DNA from: Candidatus Poribacteria bacterium
Lineage (GTDB): Bacteria > Poribacteria > WGA-4E > JAJDTR01
Reading direction: 5' to 3'
NCBI GenBank assembly: GCA_965222225.1
Contig: CBDCTK010000002.1
Coordinates: forward strand, 4,192,001 to 4,256,000
DNA length: 64,000 nucleotides
Shown here: positions 9,813 through 19,400 of the stretch, piece by piece
How the letters are laid out: every line of letters starts with the position of its first letter
Position numbering within the stretch: position 1 is the first letter of the stretch
Made by a program: the position numbers and the translations under genes
The notes under the pieces: model-generated
The model's database searches: none
Seen by the model: only the letters and a program-made list of their open reading frames with translations
Told to the model about the DNA's origin: nothing

Positions 9813-10880
9813 ATGACCACGAGAAACTTAAGCCCACAGCAGATGTTCATCGATCTGGTTAAAGAACACCGACCTGAATGTCAATTTTCCGGAAAGGACC
9901 AAAGGGACTTCTTGGACTGGAAAAGGAGCACGCTACCCAAAGTTCTAGCGACCCTAGGTGAATCACCTCCAGCAGTTGATGCAAACCCTGAGATGATAGT
10001 TGAATGGGAGGACAAGGGATTAATCAAGCAACGTTGGATTATTGACGTTCAGAAACATCTTTCGGCGACGCTACTCGTTAACCTACCGGCAGATTTGAAG
10101 AAAACCGAAAAACGACCTGCGCTGCTGTGTTGCCATGGTCACGGCGCATATGGAAAAGAACCGGTGATGGGTAACGATTCCAGTCCCGACCTGCGTCAGG
10201 CAATCGCCAATAACAACTATAATTACGGTGAAGTCATGGCGCAGAAGGGGTTCGTTACCTATGCCATTGATTGGATTGGCTTTGGCGAGCGAAATGACAA
10301 AAACAAACCCAACCATAACTCGGTCGCCGGAGGGCGGGACTGGTGTAATCTTTACTATCTCCACGCAACCATGCTCGGAATGACGTCAATTTCAATCAAC
10401 GTGGCGCACGGCAAAGCGGCTACGGATGTCGTGATTTCCACGCAGCCTGTCGATGAAGAGCGGTTGGGCGTCATGGGGTTGAGCGGCGGCGGCACCATGT
10501 CACTGTGGATGGCGCTATGCGATGAACGAATCAAAGCTACGGAGATAATCTGCTACAGTGATCTCTGGGCTGCCTTCGGAATCCGCGATGTCAACTACTG
10601 CGGGATGCAGGTTGCGCCCAGCCTTTACAAGTATGTAGATCTCCCGGACCTACAAGGGTTGATTGCTCCCAGACCTTTACTAATCGACATCGGCGTGAAC
10701 GACACATGCTTCAAAATTGATACGGCAATAAAATGCTACCAGCAGTTGTCCAAGATTTACGAGGCGGCAGAGGCGGGCGATCAACTTGAACTAGATTTGC
10801 ATCCCGGTGAACACGGCTGGGGCGGGAATAAATCTGAAGCATTCTTTAGGAAACACGTAGGAGATGCGCCGTCCGAATAA
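9813..10880 (+). CDS. Alpha/beta hydrolase (dienelactone hydrolase-like)
   Basis: HGHG, GLSGGG nucleophile elbow, IAPRPLL, C-terminal His. Confidence 0.85.
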   Translation: MTTRNLSPQQMFIDLVKEHRPECQFSGKDQRDFLDWKRSTLPKVLATLGESPPAVDANPEMIVEWEDKGLIKQRWIIDVQKHLSATLLVNLPADLKKTEKRPALLCCHGHGAYGKEPVMGNDSSPDLRQAIANNNYNYGEVMAQKGFVTYAIDWIGFGERNDKNKPNHNSVAGGRDWCNLYYLHATMLGMTSISINVAHGKAATDVVISTQPVDEERLGVMGLSGGGTMSLWMALCDERIKATEIICYSDLWAAFGIRDVNYCGMQVAPSLYKYVDLPDLQGLIAPRPLLIDIGVNDTCFKIDTAIKCYQQLSKIYEAAEAGDQLELDLHPGEHGWGGNKSEAFFRKHVGDAPSE

Positions 10881-11013
10881 ATTCCAATGTCGCGCTTAAA
10901 TGCAAAGCAGCAGATATTAAACAACATAGCCTTATCGAAACTCTCAAGTCAACATAATTTACCGATTTCAGAATTGCAAAAAACTCAAATTTATTACGTA
11001 TGGAGGATTCAAC

Positions 11014-11847
11014 ATGTCTGTTTCATCAACCGGTATTCAGACGAAAAAGGTTGTCACTGACGAGGAAGTTCAGTTCTTTAATGAGAACGGCTATCTGATA
11101 CTTAGGAATGTTTTGAGTTCGGAAGAACAGAAGCGCCTTCGGGATGCATCGCATGCGCTGATGATAAACGGTAACCCGGAACAACCCGCCCCGGATTACG
11201 GGTATCAACCCGGAAGGCGAACGGGAAAGAGCACTCTAAAGCGGATTGACTATGTGGTGGACAAAGACGCCACGTATCGGGTACTGCTGGCACACCCCTA
11301 TATCCTGCGGACTGTAGAGAAACTCACCGGACCGGACCTAATTCCCACGTGGGATGCCATGATTTACAAAATGCCGCATGAGGGCATCAGCGCTCCTTGG
11401 CACCGTGACGCCGCAGTTGACTGCGCCACTGACATTCCGATTTTCAACGTGGATTTCTATCTGGATGAGGCAGATCATGACACGTGCGTGTGGGCAATTC
11501 CGGGCAGCCATCGATGGAGTCAAGAACAGGCGATGAAATACTTCAGAACCGAAGAGTTTAATTTGCCCGAATCACAGCCTATTTACATGCAGCCCGGTGA
11601 TGTACTGTTTCATGAAATTCGACTTCTGCACGGCTCGCCTGTTAATACTTCGCCACGGCTGAGACGAGTCATATACTATGAATTTAGAACCGCTGGAGTT
11701 GAAACTGCACACGGACCGCATGTGCCGGAATATATCCCTCTGAAACAGGATGTTCTTCGGGCATGTATCGAACTGAGGAAGCAAGCCAACTATATACCCG
11801 ACGATGAAGAAGCCTTTGTATATTCCCCTCCTGCCCCGTTTGATTAG
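11014..11847 (+). CDS. PhyH family dioxygenase
   Basis: FFNENGY, WHRD, IPGSH, LHGS..N...RR. Confidence 0.9.
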   Translation: MSVSSTGIQTKKVVTDEEVQFFNENGYLILRNVLSSEEQKRLRDASHALMINGNPEQPAPDYGYQPGRRTGKSTLKRIDYVVDKDATYRVLLAHPYILRTVEKLTGPDLIPTWDAMIYKMPHEGISAPWHRDAAVDCATDIPIFNVDFYLDEADHDTCVWAIPGSHRWSQEQAMKYFRTEEFNLPESQPIYMQPGDVLFHEIRLLHGSPVNTSPRLRRVIYYEFRTAGVETAHGPHVPEYIPLKQDVLRACIELRKQANYIPDDEEAFVYSPPAPFD

Positions 11848-11931
11848 TTTGACGACCTCCCTGCTGAAGGGTTAGAAACTTACCGATATGTCCATAAGAA
11901 TTATTGGAGAGAATAATGCCTCGGAATTGAG

Positions 11932-13119
11932 GTGAATCGAAGCGTGTCATCCCCCATCTTTGGGGCCCAATTGTCCCAATACTTCAGCTCGGAAGATATT
12001 AATCTTGAACAATTCCAAACCATCTGCGACCAAAACGCAGATTTGGAATTGTACCGATTTGCTGACGGCATCGAACAGAACATTGTCATCTATCAGGGTG
12101 ACAAACTGAGAGAGGGAATGGCTGATGCCGGCGCAGACTCTGAACTCAAGGCGGAATTGGGAAGTTGCCTGAGAGACGGGCCGGGAATATTTGTTATTCG
12201 CGGCGCATATTCCGATACAACTGTCATTGATTGTATGACAGCCGTTTTCATGCAGATTATTGCAGATGAGAAATCATCGCTTGTAGGAGTAGGCGATCAT
12301 TTTGGCGACAACGAACGAATTTGGAACTCTTTTCAAAAGGCTTGTCTCGCCGCTCCCGAATTGTTCATTGAATACTACGGCAATCCGTTGCTCTCTCTCG
12401 CTGTTCATGCCTGGTTAGGTCCTTGCTACCAAATCACCGCTCAGGTGAATAATGTGAAACCGGGTGGAAAAGCGCAATCGCCCCATCGTGACTACCATCT
12501 AGGCTTTCAATCCGTCAAGACTGCGGCGGAATTCCCCGTTCATGCGCACCTCATGTCGCAATTCCTGACGCTGCAGGGAAGTATCGCCCACACTGACATG
12601 CCGACTGAATCGGGGCCAACACTGTTCCTTCCGTTCTCGCATCAATACCCGGCCGGGTATCTAGCCTTCCATGAGGAAGATTTTTCTGCCTTTTTTGATG
12701 AGAACAAATCGCAAGTCCCACTCAACAAAGGAGATGTCGTCTTCCTTAGCCCTGCGTTATTTCATGCGGCTGGCACGAACTTTTCCGATAAAGATCGGAT
12801 TGCCAATTTGGTTCAAATATCATCCGCGTTTGGGCGCCCGATGGAATCCGTCAATCGACAGGCTATGATAGAGAAGATATATCCTATCCTCCTAGACAAG
12901 ACTAAACAGGACGCCATCCCGTCTCGCACCGTACGAGACATCATCGCGGCGGTAGCAGACGGCTATTCGTTTCCGACCAACTTGGACTCGGATCCGCCCG
13001 TCGGTGGTAATGTCCCTTTCACAGCGCAACAGATGATGCACCAAGCGCTGCAAGAGCATTGGCCGCTGCAACGGCTAAAAAACGAACTAAGTCTGTATGC
13101 TCAAAAGCGCAAGGCGTGA
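11932..13119 (+). CDS. PhyH family dioxygenase
   Basis: PHRDYH, GPT..LPFSH, FHAAG.N...R. Confidence 0.88.
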   Translation: MNRSVSSPIFGAQLSQYFSSEDINLEQFQTICDQNADLELYRFADGIEQNIVIYQGDKLREGMADAGADSELKAELGSCLRDGPGIFVIRGAYSDTTVIDCMTAVFMQIIADEKSSLVGVGDHFGDNERIWNSFQKACLAAPELFIEYYGNPLLSLAVHAWLGPCYQITAQVNNVKPGGKAQSPHRDYHLGFQSVKTAAEFPVHAHLMSQFLTLQGSIAHTDMPTESGPTLFLPFSHQYPAGYLAFHEEDFSAFFDENKSQVPLNKGDVVFLSPALFHAAGTNFSDKDRIANLVQISSAFGRPMESVNRQAMIEKIYPILLDKTKQDAIPSRTVRDIIAAVADGYSFPTNLDSDPPVGGNVPFTAQQMMHQALQEHWPLQRLKNELSLYAQKRKA

Positions 13120-13211
13120 AGCCTTGTACCGGCGATTGCATAGGCATATTCCAACCAATTCATTACAATGCACTCTGACGAATATCTGTGAGAGTCTTTC
13201 TACTCCTCAGA

Positions 13212-14318
13212 CTACGCGCGAGTTTGCAATCGACGGATTCGGGCAGGCACGGAGTCACCACCAATCTCTAGCGATAGGATGCGCAAACTCCGATCCGAAA
13301 GCGGGAGACTAACTTTCACGCCGCCGTGGCGATGCGACTCCCGCATTGCAATCGCGATTTCTAACGCCTGTCGCGCGTCCTCACCGGAGCACTTAGGCGG
13401 TTCGCCGGTTTCAATAGCGTTAATGAGATCGGCAACGATTGTCAGCCCCATACCCTGTATCCGTACCGGCATAGGGAAAGGAACTTTCGCCGGTATATTT
13501 GCACCACTATAAGCACTGGGTGCCATCTGAATCAGCTCGAACTCCTCCGAGTTGTTCAGAGACCGAACACGTCCGGTCGTTCCGATGACATCAACTTCCC
13601 AAGATGCCGTGCCGCACGGCGTGCCACGGAAATAAGCACGAACATCGTTGTCAAAAGCCATATATCCGTTTCCTTTCAAATCGTTATCGCTCGCGGCAGC
13701 TTCGTCCGACTCCATCTCCCCAAAAACCCACTGGACATCGCCGCCTGCCATATAGCGCAAGATATCAATAGCGTGGCTTCCGTTGTGAGAGAGACCGCAT
13801 TCCGTGTAGACGGTCACCTGCACAATGTCGCCGAGCCGACCCTCGTCAATCAAGCGTCGAGCTTCGCTGAAGAATGGGTTCCAGCGGCGCGCACAGTTCA
13901 CCGCTAGCGCTGCCCCATGTTCTCTGCAGACATCTATCATGTCGTCCGCTTCCTTCAAACTCAACGAGATGGGCTTTTCCGCCCAGATAGCCTTTACTCC
14001 GGCACGGGCAACATCCTGCACAATGATTGGGCGGAGCCGCGCGGTTGTACACACGCTGACAATGTCCAACCGTTCTTCAGCTAACATCTCTCTGTAGTCA
14101 CTATACAGATGGTCGGAGGCAAGTCCCCAACGCTCGCCGAAGATGGCGGCTTGTTCGTCATGTATATCTGTGCCAGCCACTAGCTCGACATTCGGAGCGG
14201 CGTGGTAACTCGGGGCATGGCAATAGGGAAGGAACAAACTGCCGCCACGGGTCATTTCATCATCAAAAGTGCTACCCATGCGACCTAGACCAATTACTCC
14301 AGAACGATAGGTTTTCAT
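13212..14318 (-). CDS. Gfo/Idh/MocA oxidoreductase
   Basis: GVIGLGRMG Rossmann motif, AEKP, HAID. Confidence 0.92.
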   Translation of the reverse strand: MKTYRSGVIGLGRMGSTFDDEMTRGGSLFLPYCHAPSYHAAPNVELVAGTDIHDEQAAIFGERWGLASDHLYSDYREMLAEERLDIVSVCTTARLRPIIVQDVARAGVKAIWAEKPISLSLKEADDMIDVCREHGAALAVNCARRWNPFFSEARRLIDEGRLGDIVQVTVYTECGLSHNGSHAIDILRYMAGGDVQWVFGEMESDEAAASDNDLKGNGYMAFDNDVRAYFRGTPCGTASWEVDVIGTTGRVRSLNNSEEFELIQMAPSAYSGANIPAKVPFPMPVRIQGMGLTIVADLINAIETGEPPKCSGEDARQALEIAIAMRESHRHGGVKVSLPLSDRSLRILSLEIGGDSVPARIRRLQTRA

Positions 14319-14649
14319 AGCTTTTCTCCAATAGGAATGTTTTCACGCTCCACAAGAATCAAGTTCCGATTTCAGCTCCAATGTTGAGTGTAATATTGCA
14401 GTATCTAGTATTACGGTTGTTTGAACGCATAAACGATGAAACGAATTTTCCGACCTAGATTTGAAACTGGCAAAACATTTCATCATATTATCATGAACTG
14501 TACCATACCACAACGTCATTTCTGGGCTTGACTTATCTTATGCCTGTTGCTAAACTGATTCTGTATGGTTATATCGATTGCTCACCATAGGCGTATTGGT
14601 TACTTAAGAGAAGACAATCCTCCGCACTGTTTTATTACAAGGTTGATAC

Positions 14650-15387
14650 ATGCTAACAGACACAGAGAAAGCTCAGTTGGATAAACAGGGATTTACGCGT
14701 CTGCGGGACGTGATTTCAACTGATGAGGTCAATGAACTTCGTCGGTTGTCGGTGACGCTTGCTGCGGATGAAAGGGCGTCAGGACGCGGGGCGATGTATC
14801 TGGACGATCGCGCTCAACGGGTTTGGAACTTGGTCAACAAAGGTGCACCGTTTGAACGGGCAATTCAGCATCCGCGTATTTTGGCTGCGATGGAATATCT
14901 GCTAGGCGAGGACTGTACGCTAAGCTCGTTTACGGTGAACATTATTAACCCCGGAGCTAATGACGGAGGACTACATATTGACTATCCCCTCCGTTTGATG
15001 CCCGACCCGCGTCCCAGTTTCCCTCTTGTTGCCAACAGCGTCTGGTTACTTGATGATTTCACACTAGAGAATGGAGCCACGCGGTGCGTACCTGGCAGCC
15101 ATCTTCGGCTCGAAGGCGGACCGGAACCCGGGGTCAAATTCGATGATGAAGTGCAGGTCTGCGGTCCAAAAGGATCGGTACTGATTGTCAACGGCGCGCT
15201 TTGGCACGCTTCGTCGGCAAATCACACAGATGGAGATCGCGTCGGTTTGCTCGGTTTCTTTTGTCGCTCGTTTATGAAACCGCAGCAGGACCACCTCAAA
15301 CTGGCTTCGGACGAAGTGATTTCCCGCGCAACTCCCACACTCAGACGGCTGCTTGGCTTTGATTCGATGTCGGGCGCGACGGCATAA
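14650..15387 (+). CDS. PhyH family dioxygenase
   Basis: LHID, NGAT..VPGSH, LWH...N....R. Confidence 0.9.
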   Translation: MLTDTEKAQLDKQGFTRLRDVISTDEVNELRRLSVTLAADERASGRGAMYLDDRAQRVWNLVNKGAPFERAIQHPRILAAMEYLLGEDCTLSSFTVNIINPGANDGGLHIDYPLRLMPDPRPSFPLVANSVWLLDDFTLENGATRCVPGSHLRLEGGPEPGVKFDDEVQVCGPKGSVLIVNGALWHASSANHTDGDRVGLLGFFCRSFMKPQQDHLKLASDEVISRATPTLRRLLGFDSMSGATA

Positions 15388-15507
15388 TCTGTCCTACCTT
15401 TTCCCTACGACAATCCTGAGCATAGACCGAGACTTTTGCCTTGATGGGTTTGAATGCATCTGTTAGAATTTAATTCAATACTATTTTACAGAAGGAAGGA
15501 GCACAAT

Positions 15508-16569
15508 ATGTTAGTCGATTGTCTGCGTCAATCCAACCGTTGCTATGTCATGTTTGCTCTCATAATGAGTCTCACGATTGCAGGGATGTTGACGGCGAAT
15601 GCGGCAGAATCCTTGCCGAGCGGGGATGCGAGCATCTTATCCCCTGACGCCAAGCTGGAAAAGTTATTCGAGGGAGCACATTTCACGGAAGGGCCCGCGG
15701 TTTCGTTTGACGGTACGGTCTACTTTAGCGATATCACCTTTACCTATGAGTCGAGTATGCAGGCAGGACATATTTGGAAGTACAATCCCAATACCGGTGA
15801 AACTACCGTTTACCGCTCACCTAGCGGAATGTCCAACGGCATCAAATTTGATGCTCAAGGTCGGATGATTGTCGCCGAAGGCGCCGACTTTGGCGGACGT
15901 CGAGTTACCCGGACAGATATGGCGACAGGAAAGAGTGAAATCATCGCGGGACTGTACGAAGGGCAGCCGTTTAATGCGCCCAACGACATCACGATTGATG
16001 AGCAGGGACGCATCTACTTCAGCGACCCGCGCTATCTCGGACATGAACCGGTGAATCAACCCGTGATGGGTGTATATCGAATCGACCCGGATGGCTCAAT
16101 TCACCGTATAATCACGGATGCGGGAAAACCAAACGGAGTGGCTGTGTCGCCGGATCAGAGGGCACTTTTCGTTGTCAGTAACGACAACGGCGCGACCGGT
16201 TTAGATCGTCTTCCCACAGGTGCGCCGACCCATAAGGGACGGATGGCACTATTGGCGTATGACTTGGCGGAAGACGGAACCGCAGCATTTCGGGAAGTAT
16301 TGGTTGATTACTACCCACAGGATGGACCAGACGGCTTGGTGGTTGATGTTGACGGAAATCTTTACGTCGCTGTGCGTGATGTTACCCGGCCAGGCATAAA
16401 TGTCTACTCGCCATCAGGAAAAGAATTGGCGCATATTCCAACAGGTGTGCTACCAACGAATGTGGCATTTGGCAGAGGCGACAAAAGTAAAACTTTGTAC
16501 GTCACGGCAGGGAATGCTCTTTACCGGATTAACGTTATGAAAGACGGCTATCATTTACCATCGCAGTAG
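15508..16569 (+). CDS. SMP-30/gluconolactonase family protein, probably exported
   Basis: FTEGP, APND, KPNG, GPDG; hydrophobic N-terminus ending ANA; AAGGAG RBS. Confidence 0.9.
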   Translation: MLVDCLRQSNRCYVMFALIMSLTIAGMLTANAAESLPSGDASILSPDAKLEKLFEGAHFTEGPAVSFDGTVYFSDITFTYESSMQAGHIWKYNPNTGETTVYRSPSGMSNGIKFDAQGRMIVAEGADFGGRRVTRTDMATGKSEIIAGLYEGQPFNAPNDITIDEQGRIYFSDPRYLGHEPVNQPVMGVYRIDPDGSIHRIITDAGKPNGVAVSPDQRALFVVSNDNGATGLDRLPTGAPTHKGRMALLAYDLAEDGTAAFREVLVDYYPQDGPDGLVVDVDGNLYVAVRDVTRPGINVYSPSGKELAHIPTGVLPTNVAFGRGDKSKTLYVTAGNALYRINVMKDGYHLPSQ

Positions 16570-16639
16570 ATGCTTTGTTCCCGAATCTTTTGCGATGCAT
16601 CCCGAATTGCTACGATAACCATGGAGGTGGAATGTACTT

Positions 16640-17671
16640 ATGCCGATTTTTGGCGCAGCGGAGTTAAAACAGACCGTGCACGATGTGTTCTCGCTATTGG
16701 GAGCCACGGGGGACGAAGTGCGGCGACTTCAAGATCATTTGGTCGATAGTAACTTGGCCGGTCACGATTCGCACGGGGTGCGGGTTATACCCAACTATGT
16801 GGACATGATTCGGCGAGGTGATATCGTGCTAGGCGCCGACTTGGGGGTTGTTACGGAAAGTCCCATCCATGCGGTGCTTGATGGTAATTGGGGGGTAGGT
16901 CAACTGATGGGCTGGCGGGCGGCGCAGTTGGTCATCAATAAGGCGAAGCAGAGCGCACTTGCCGCGGTAAGCCTGCGAAATTGCAGCCACCTCGGTCGTC
17001 TCGGCGAATATAGCCAGATGATTGCAGATCAGGGACTAGTCGGATTCGTAACCGTGAACGGGCATGGCGGTGCACAGGGCGTGGCGCCTTGGGGCGGCCT
17101 GGAGCGGCGGCTTTCGGTGAATCCGATGTCCTACGCGGTACCGGCTTCCGATGGAGTCGTTATGATTGACATTTCACCGACGGTTGTCGCAGCCGGAAAA
17201 GTAGCGGTCAAAGCCCTGCGAGGCGAGCCCGTCCCCGAGGGATGGATTGTGGACAGCGAAGGACGATCGACGACGGATCCCAATGCGCTTGAAGGGCCTC
17301 CGCCCGGCAGTCTGATTCCTGTGGGCGGACATAAAGGATTTGCACTTGGTCTTATTGTGGACATACTTTCAGGCGCGCTAAGCGGCGGCGGGTGTAGCCG
17401 TCCGGATACAGATCGTTGGGGCAATGCCACATTCATATTGGCAATCAATCCGGGGGTGTTTGTCGGACAACAGGAATTTGAAACCGAGGTAAAGGACTTC
17501 CTGAATTACGTCAAGTCTAGCCGGGTGGCGCCCGGATTTACAGAGATTCTCATACCCGGGGAGCCTGAGAATCGTGAAAGAGAACGAAGAATGAACGAGG
17601 GCATCTTTGTAGAGCACAAAACATGGGACAAAATTACCGAAATCCTTGATGAACTCAAGGCCAATGCCTAG
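16640..17671 (+). CDS. Ldh_2 family (malate/L-lactate/ureidoglycolate-type) dehydrogenase
   Basis: GHDSHG, SHLGRLG, NP, GGHKG motifs. Confidence 0.92.
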   Translation: MPIFGAAELKQTVHDVFSLLGATGDEVRRLQDHLVDSNLAGHDSHGVRVIPNYVDMIRRGDIVLGADLGVVTESPIHAVLDGNWGVGQLMGWRAAQLVINKAKQSALAAVSLRNCSHLGRLGEYSQMIADQGLVGFVTVNGHGGAQGVAPWGGLERRLSVNPMSYAVPASDGVVMIDISPTVVAAGKVAVKALRGEPVPEGWIVDSEGRSTTDPNALEGPPPGSLIPVGGHKGFALGLIVDILSGALSGGGCSRPDTDRWGNATFILAINPGVFVGQQEFETEVKDFLNYVKSSRVAPGFTEILIPGEPENRERERRMNEGIFVEHKTWDKITEILDELKANA

Positions 17672-17806
17672 TCCAATAGAGAGCAAACCTACTGTCCTAA
17701 AACCTTCAACAGCCAATCTGATGTGTGCATAAGCGACTGGGAAAACGACGAGACTTCCTTAAAGGATTTCCGCGGTTGAATCGAACCCGTCCAAGGAGTT
17801 CCCCAG

Positions 17807-18919
17807 ATGAAAATCACCAAAGTTGAAGTGCGTGCCGTGGCGCCACCGGTTGACCGTTTTACATGGTCGGACGATCTGCCGGATCAATACTCGACGAACA
17901 CCGTCGTCAGAATCTACACGGACGAGGGCGTAGAGGGAGTCGCCGGCGTCTGGAATGCGACATCATACGATTTCGAGCGCTACACCGCTGAATCAATACG
18001 TCATCTGGCGCCGATATTGGTGGGCAAGGATCCGCTCCTGCGCGAATTTATCTGGCATGAAATCCGGCCGCGGGTGTTTCCTCTTCCGCCTCAGTCGCTC
18101 GCCGCCATCGATATCGCACTGTGGGATCTCGCAGGAAAAGTGGCAGGCATGCCCCTGTACCGTCTGCTGGGAAGCGCGAGAAAATCCATCCTCGCTTATG
18201 CAAGCACCCCACTCTTTGAAGATGTGGCATCCTATCTGAAAAATGCAGAAGCGCTCATCGCCCAAGGTTTCAAAGCAATCAAGTTTCATACGTGGTGTAT
18301 CCCCGAACTCGATCTTGAACTCGCTCGCGCCGTTCGCAAACAGTACCCCGACAACAATGTCGCCTTTATGCTTGACGCCGAGAACAATTACGACCGTGAC
18401 GGGGCGCTGCGGGTAGCCCAAGAGCTAGAAGCGATGGGTTTCACGTGGTTTGAAGCGCCCCTGCATGACTCGGATCTTGACGGATATAGAGAGTTGACCA
18501 GCCGGGTGAAGATTCCCATTATTCCGTCCGGGAATTGGTTTCAGGATTTACATACTTTTAGTGAAGCCATCCGTTCAAAAGCTTGGGGACGGGCGCGTAC
18601 GGACGCCGCGATGATGGGCGGAATAACACAGACGAACAAAGCGATTTCCCTCACCGAAGCCGCCGGAATGAAGTGCGAAATCATGTCGTGGGGTTACAGC
18701 CTTGTCTCGGCAGCCAACCTGCACCTCATGTTGGCACACGACAACTGTACCTACTTTGAGCAGTCAGTGCCCTTTGAGCCGTATGAGTACGGCATGAAGG
18801 ACGTGATTCGCACGCAAGCCGACGGTTACGCTTATGCCCCCACTGGCCCAGGTCTTGGTTTGGAAGTAGATTGGGATGCCATGGAGGCAGCCACGATTCT
18901 TTCCTTCGTTTCGGAGTAA
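17807..18919 (+). CDS. Mandelate racemase/muconate lactonizing enzyme family
   Basis: AIDIALWDLAGK, K.KFH, MLDA, WFEAP, PTGPGLG. Confidence 0.9.
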   Translation: MKITKVEVRAVAPPVDRFTWSDDLPDQYSTNTVVRIYTDEGVEGVAGVWNATSYDFERYTAESIRHLAPILVGKDPLLREFIWHEIRPRVFPLPPQSLAAIDIALWDLAGKVAGMPLYRLLGSARKSILAYASTPLFEDVASYLKNAEALIAQGFKAIKFHTWCIPELDLELARAVRKQYPDNNVAFMLDAENNYDRDGALRVAQELEAMGFTWFEAPLHDSDLDGYRELTSRVKIPIIPSGNWFQDLHTFSEAIRSKAWGRARTDAAMMGGITQTNKAISLTEAAGMKCEIMSWGYSLVSAANLHLMLAHDNCTYFEQSVPFEPYEYGMKDVIRTQADGYAYAPTGPGLGLEVDWDAMEAATILSFVSE

Positions 18920-19339
18920 GGCTCACGTACGGAGGCCCACCTCATCGGCAAAGTCCCGTATCAGTAGCATTAGACGCTGGGTTCGTGTCTCGTCATTGCG
19001 ACTAAGAACCTCACGTATGAGACCAAATTTGTCCGGTTTGCGCTAGCGATACTTAGTGTGCGTATTCTATAGAGCGATCTTCTAATCGCGAGGACCTTTC
19101 GCCGACAGAGTTTGCGCTTATAGTTGGTTCGTCGTAACGAGCTTCAATAATTCAGGCGCCCGGCTCCATTCCCATGCTTTGGCTGCCAACCACTCGTTTA
19201 GTTGCCTTTAGACCGCAATATGGCCAGATGTGAATCTAGGTGGCCACTGCGCAATCAGCGCGCGGAGATTTCCTGCCGCATTGCTCCCTCCTTTTTCAGT
19301 ATCAATCCCACTGAACAACTAAATAATTTTGCTTGGTAG

Positions 19340-19368
19340 GTGAGATTAGGCCGATAATATGCGTCTAA
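19340..19368 (+). promoter_or_regulatory. Candidate autoregulatory ECF promoter GTGAGA-N16-CGTCTAA
   Basis: ECF-type -10 CGTCTAA about 33 bp upstream of the sigma gene. Confidence 0.35.
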
Positions 19369-19400
19369 CATCCAAACAGCTATGGCTGAGGTAGAGATCC

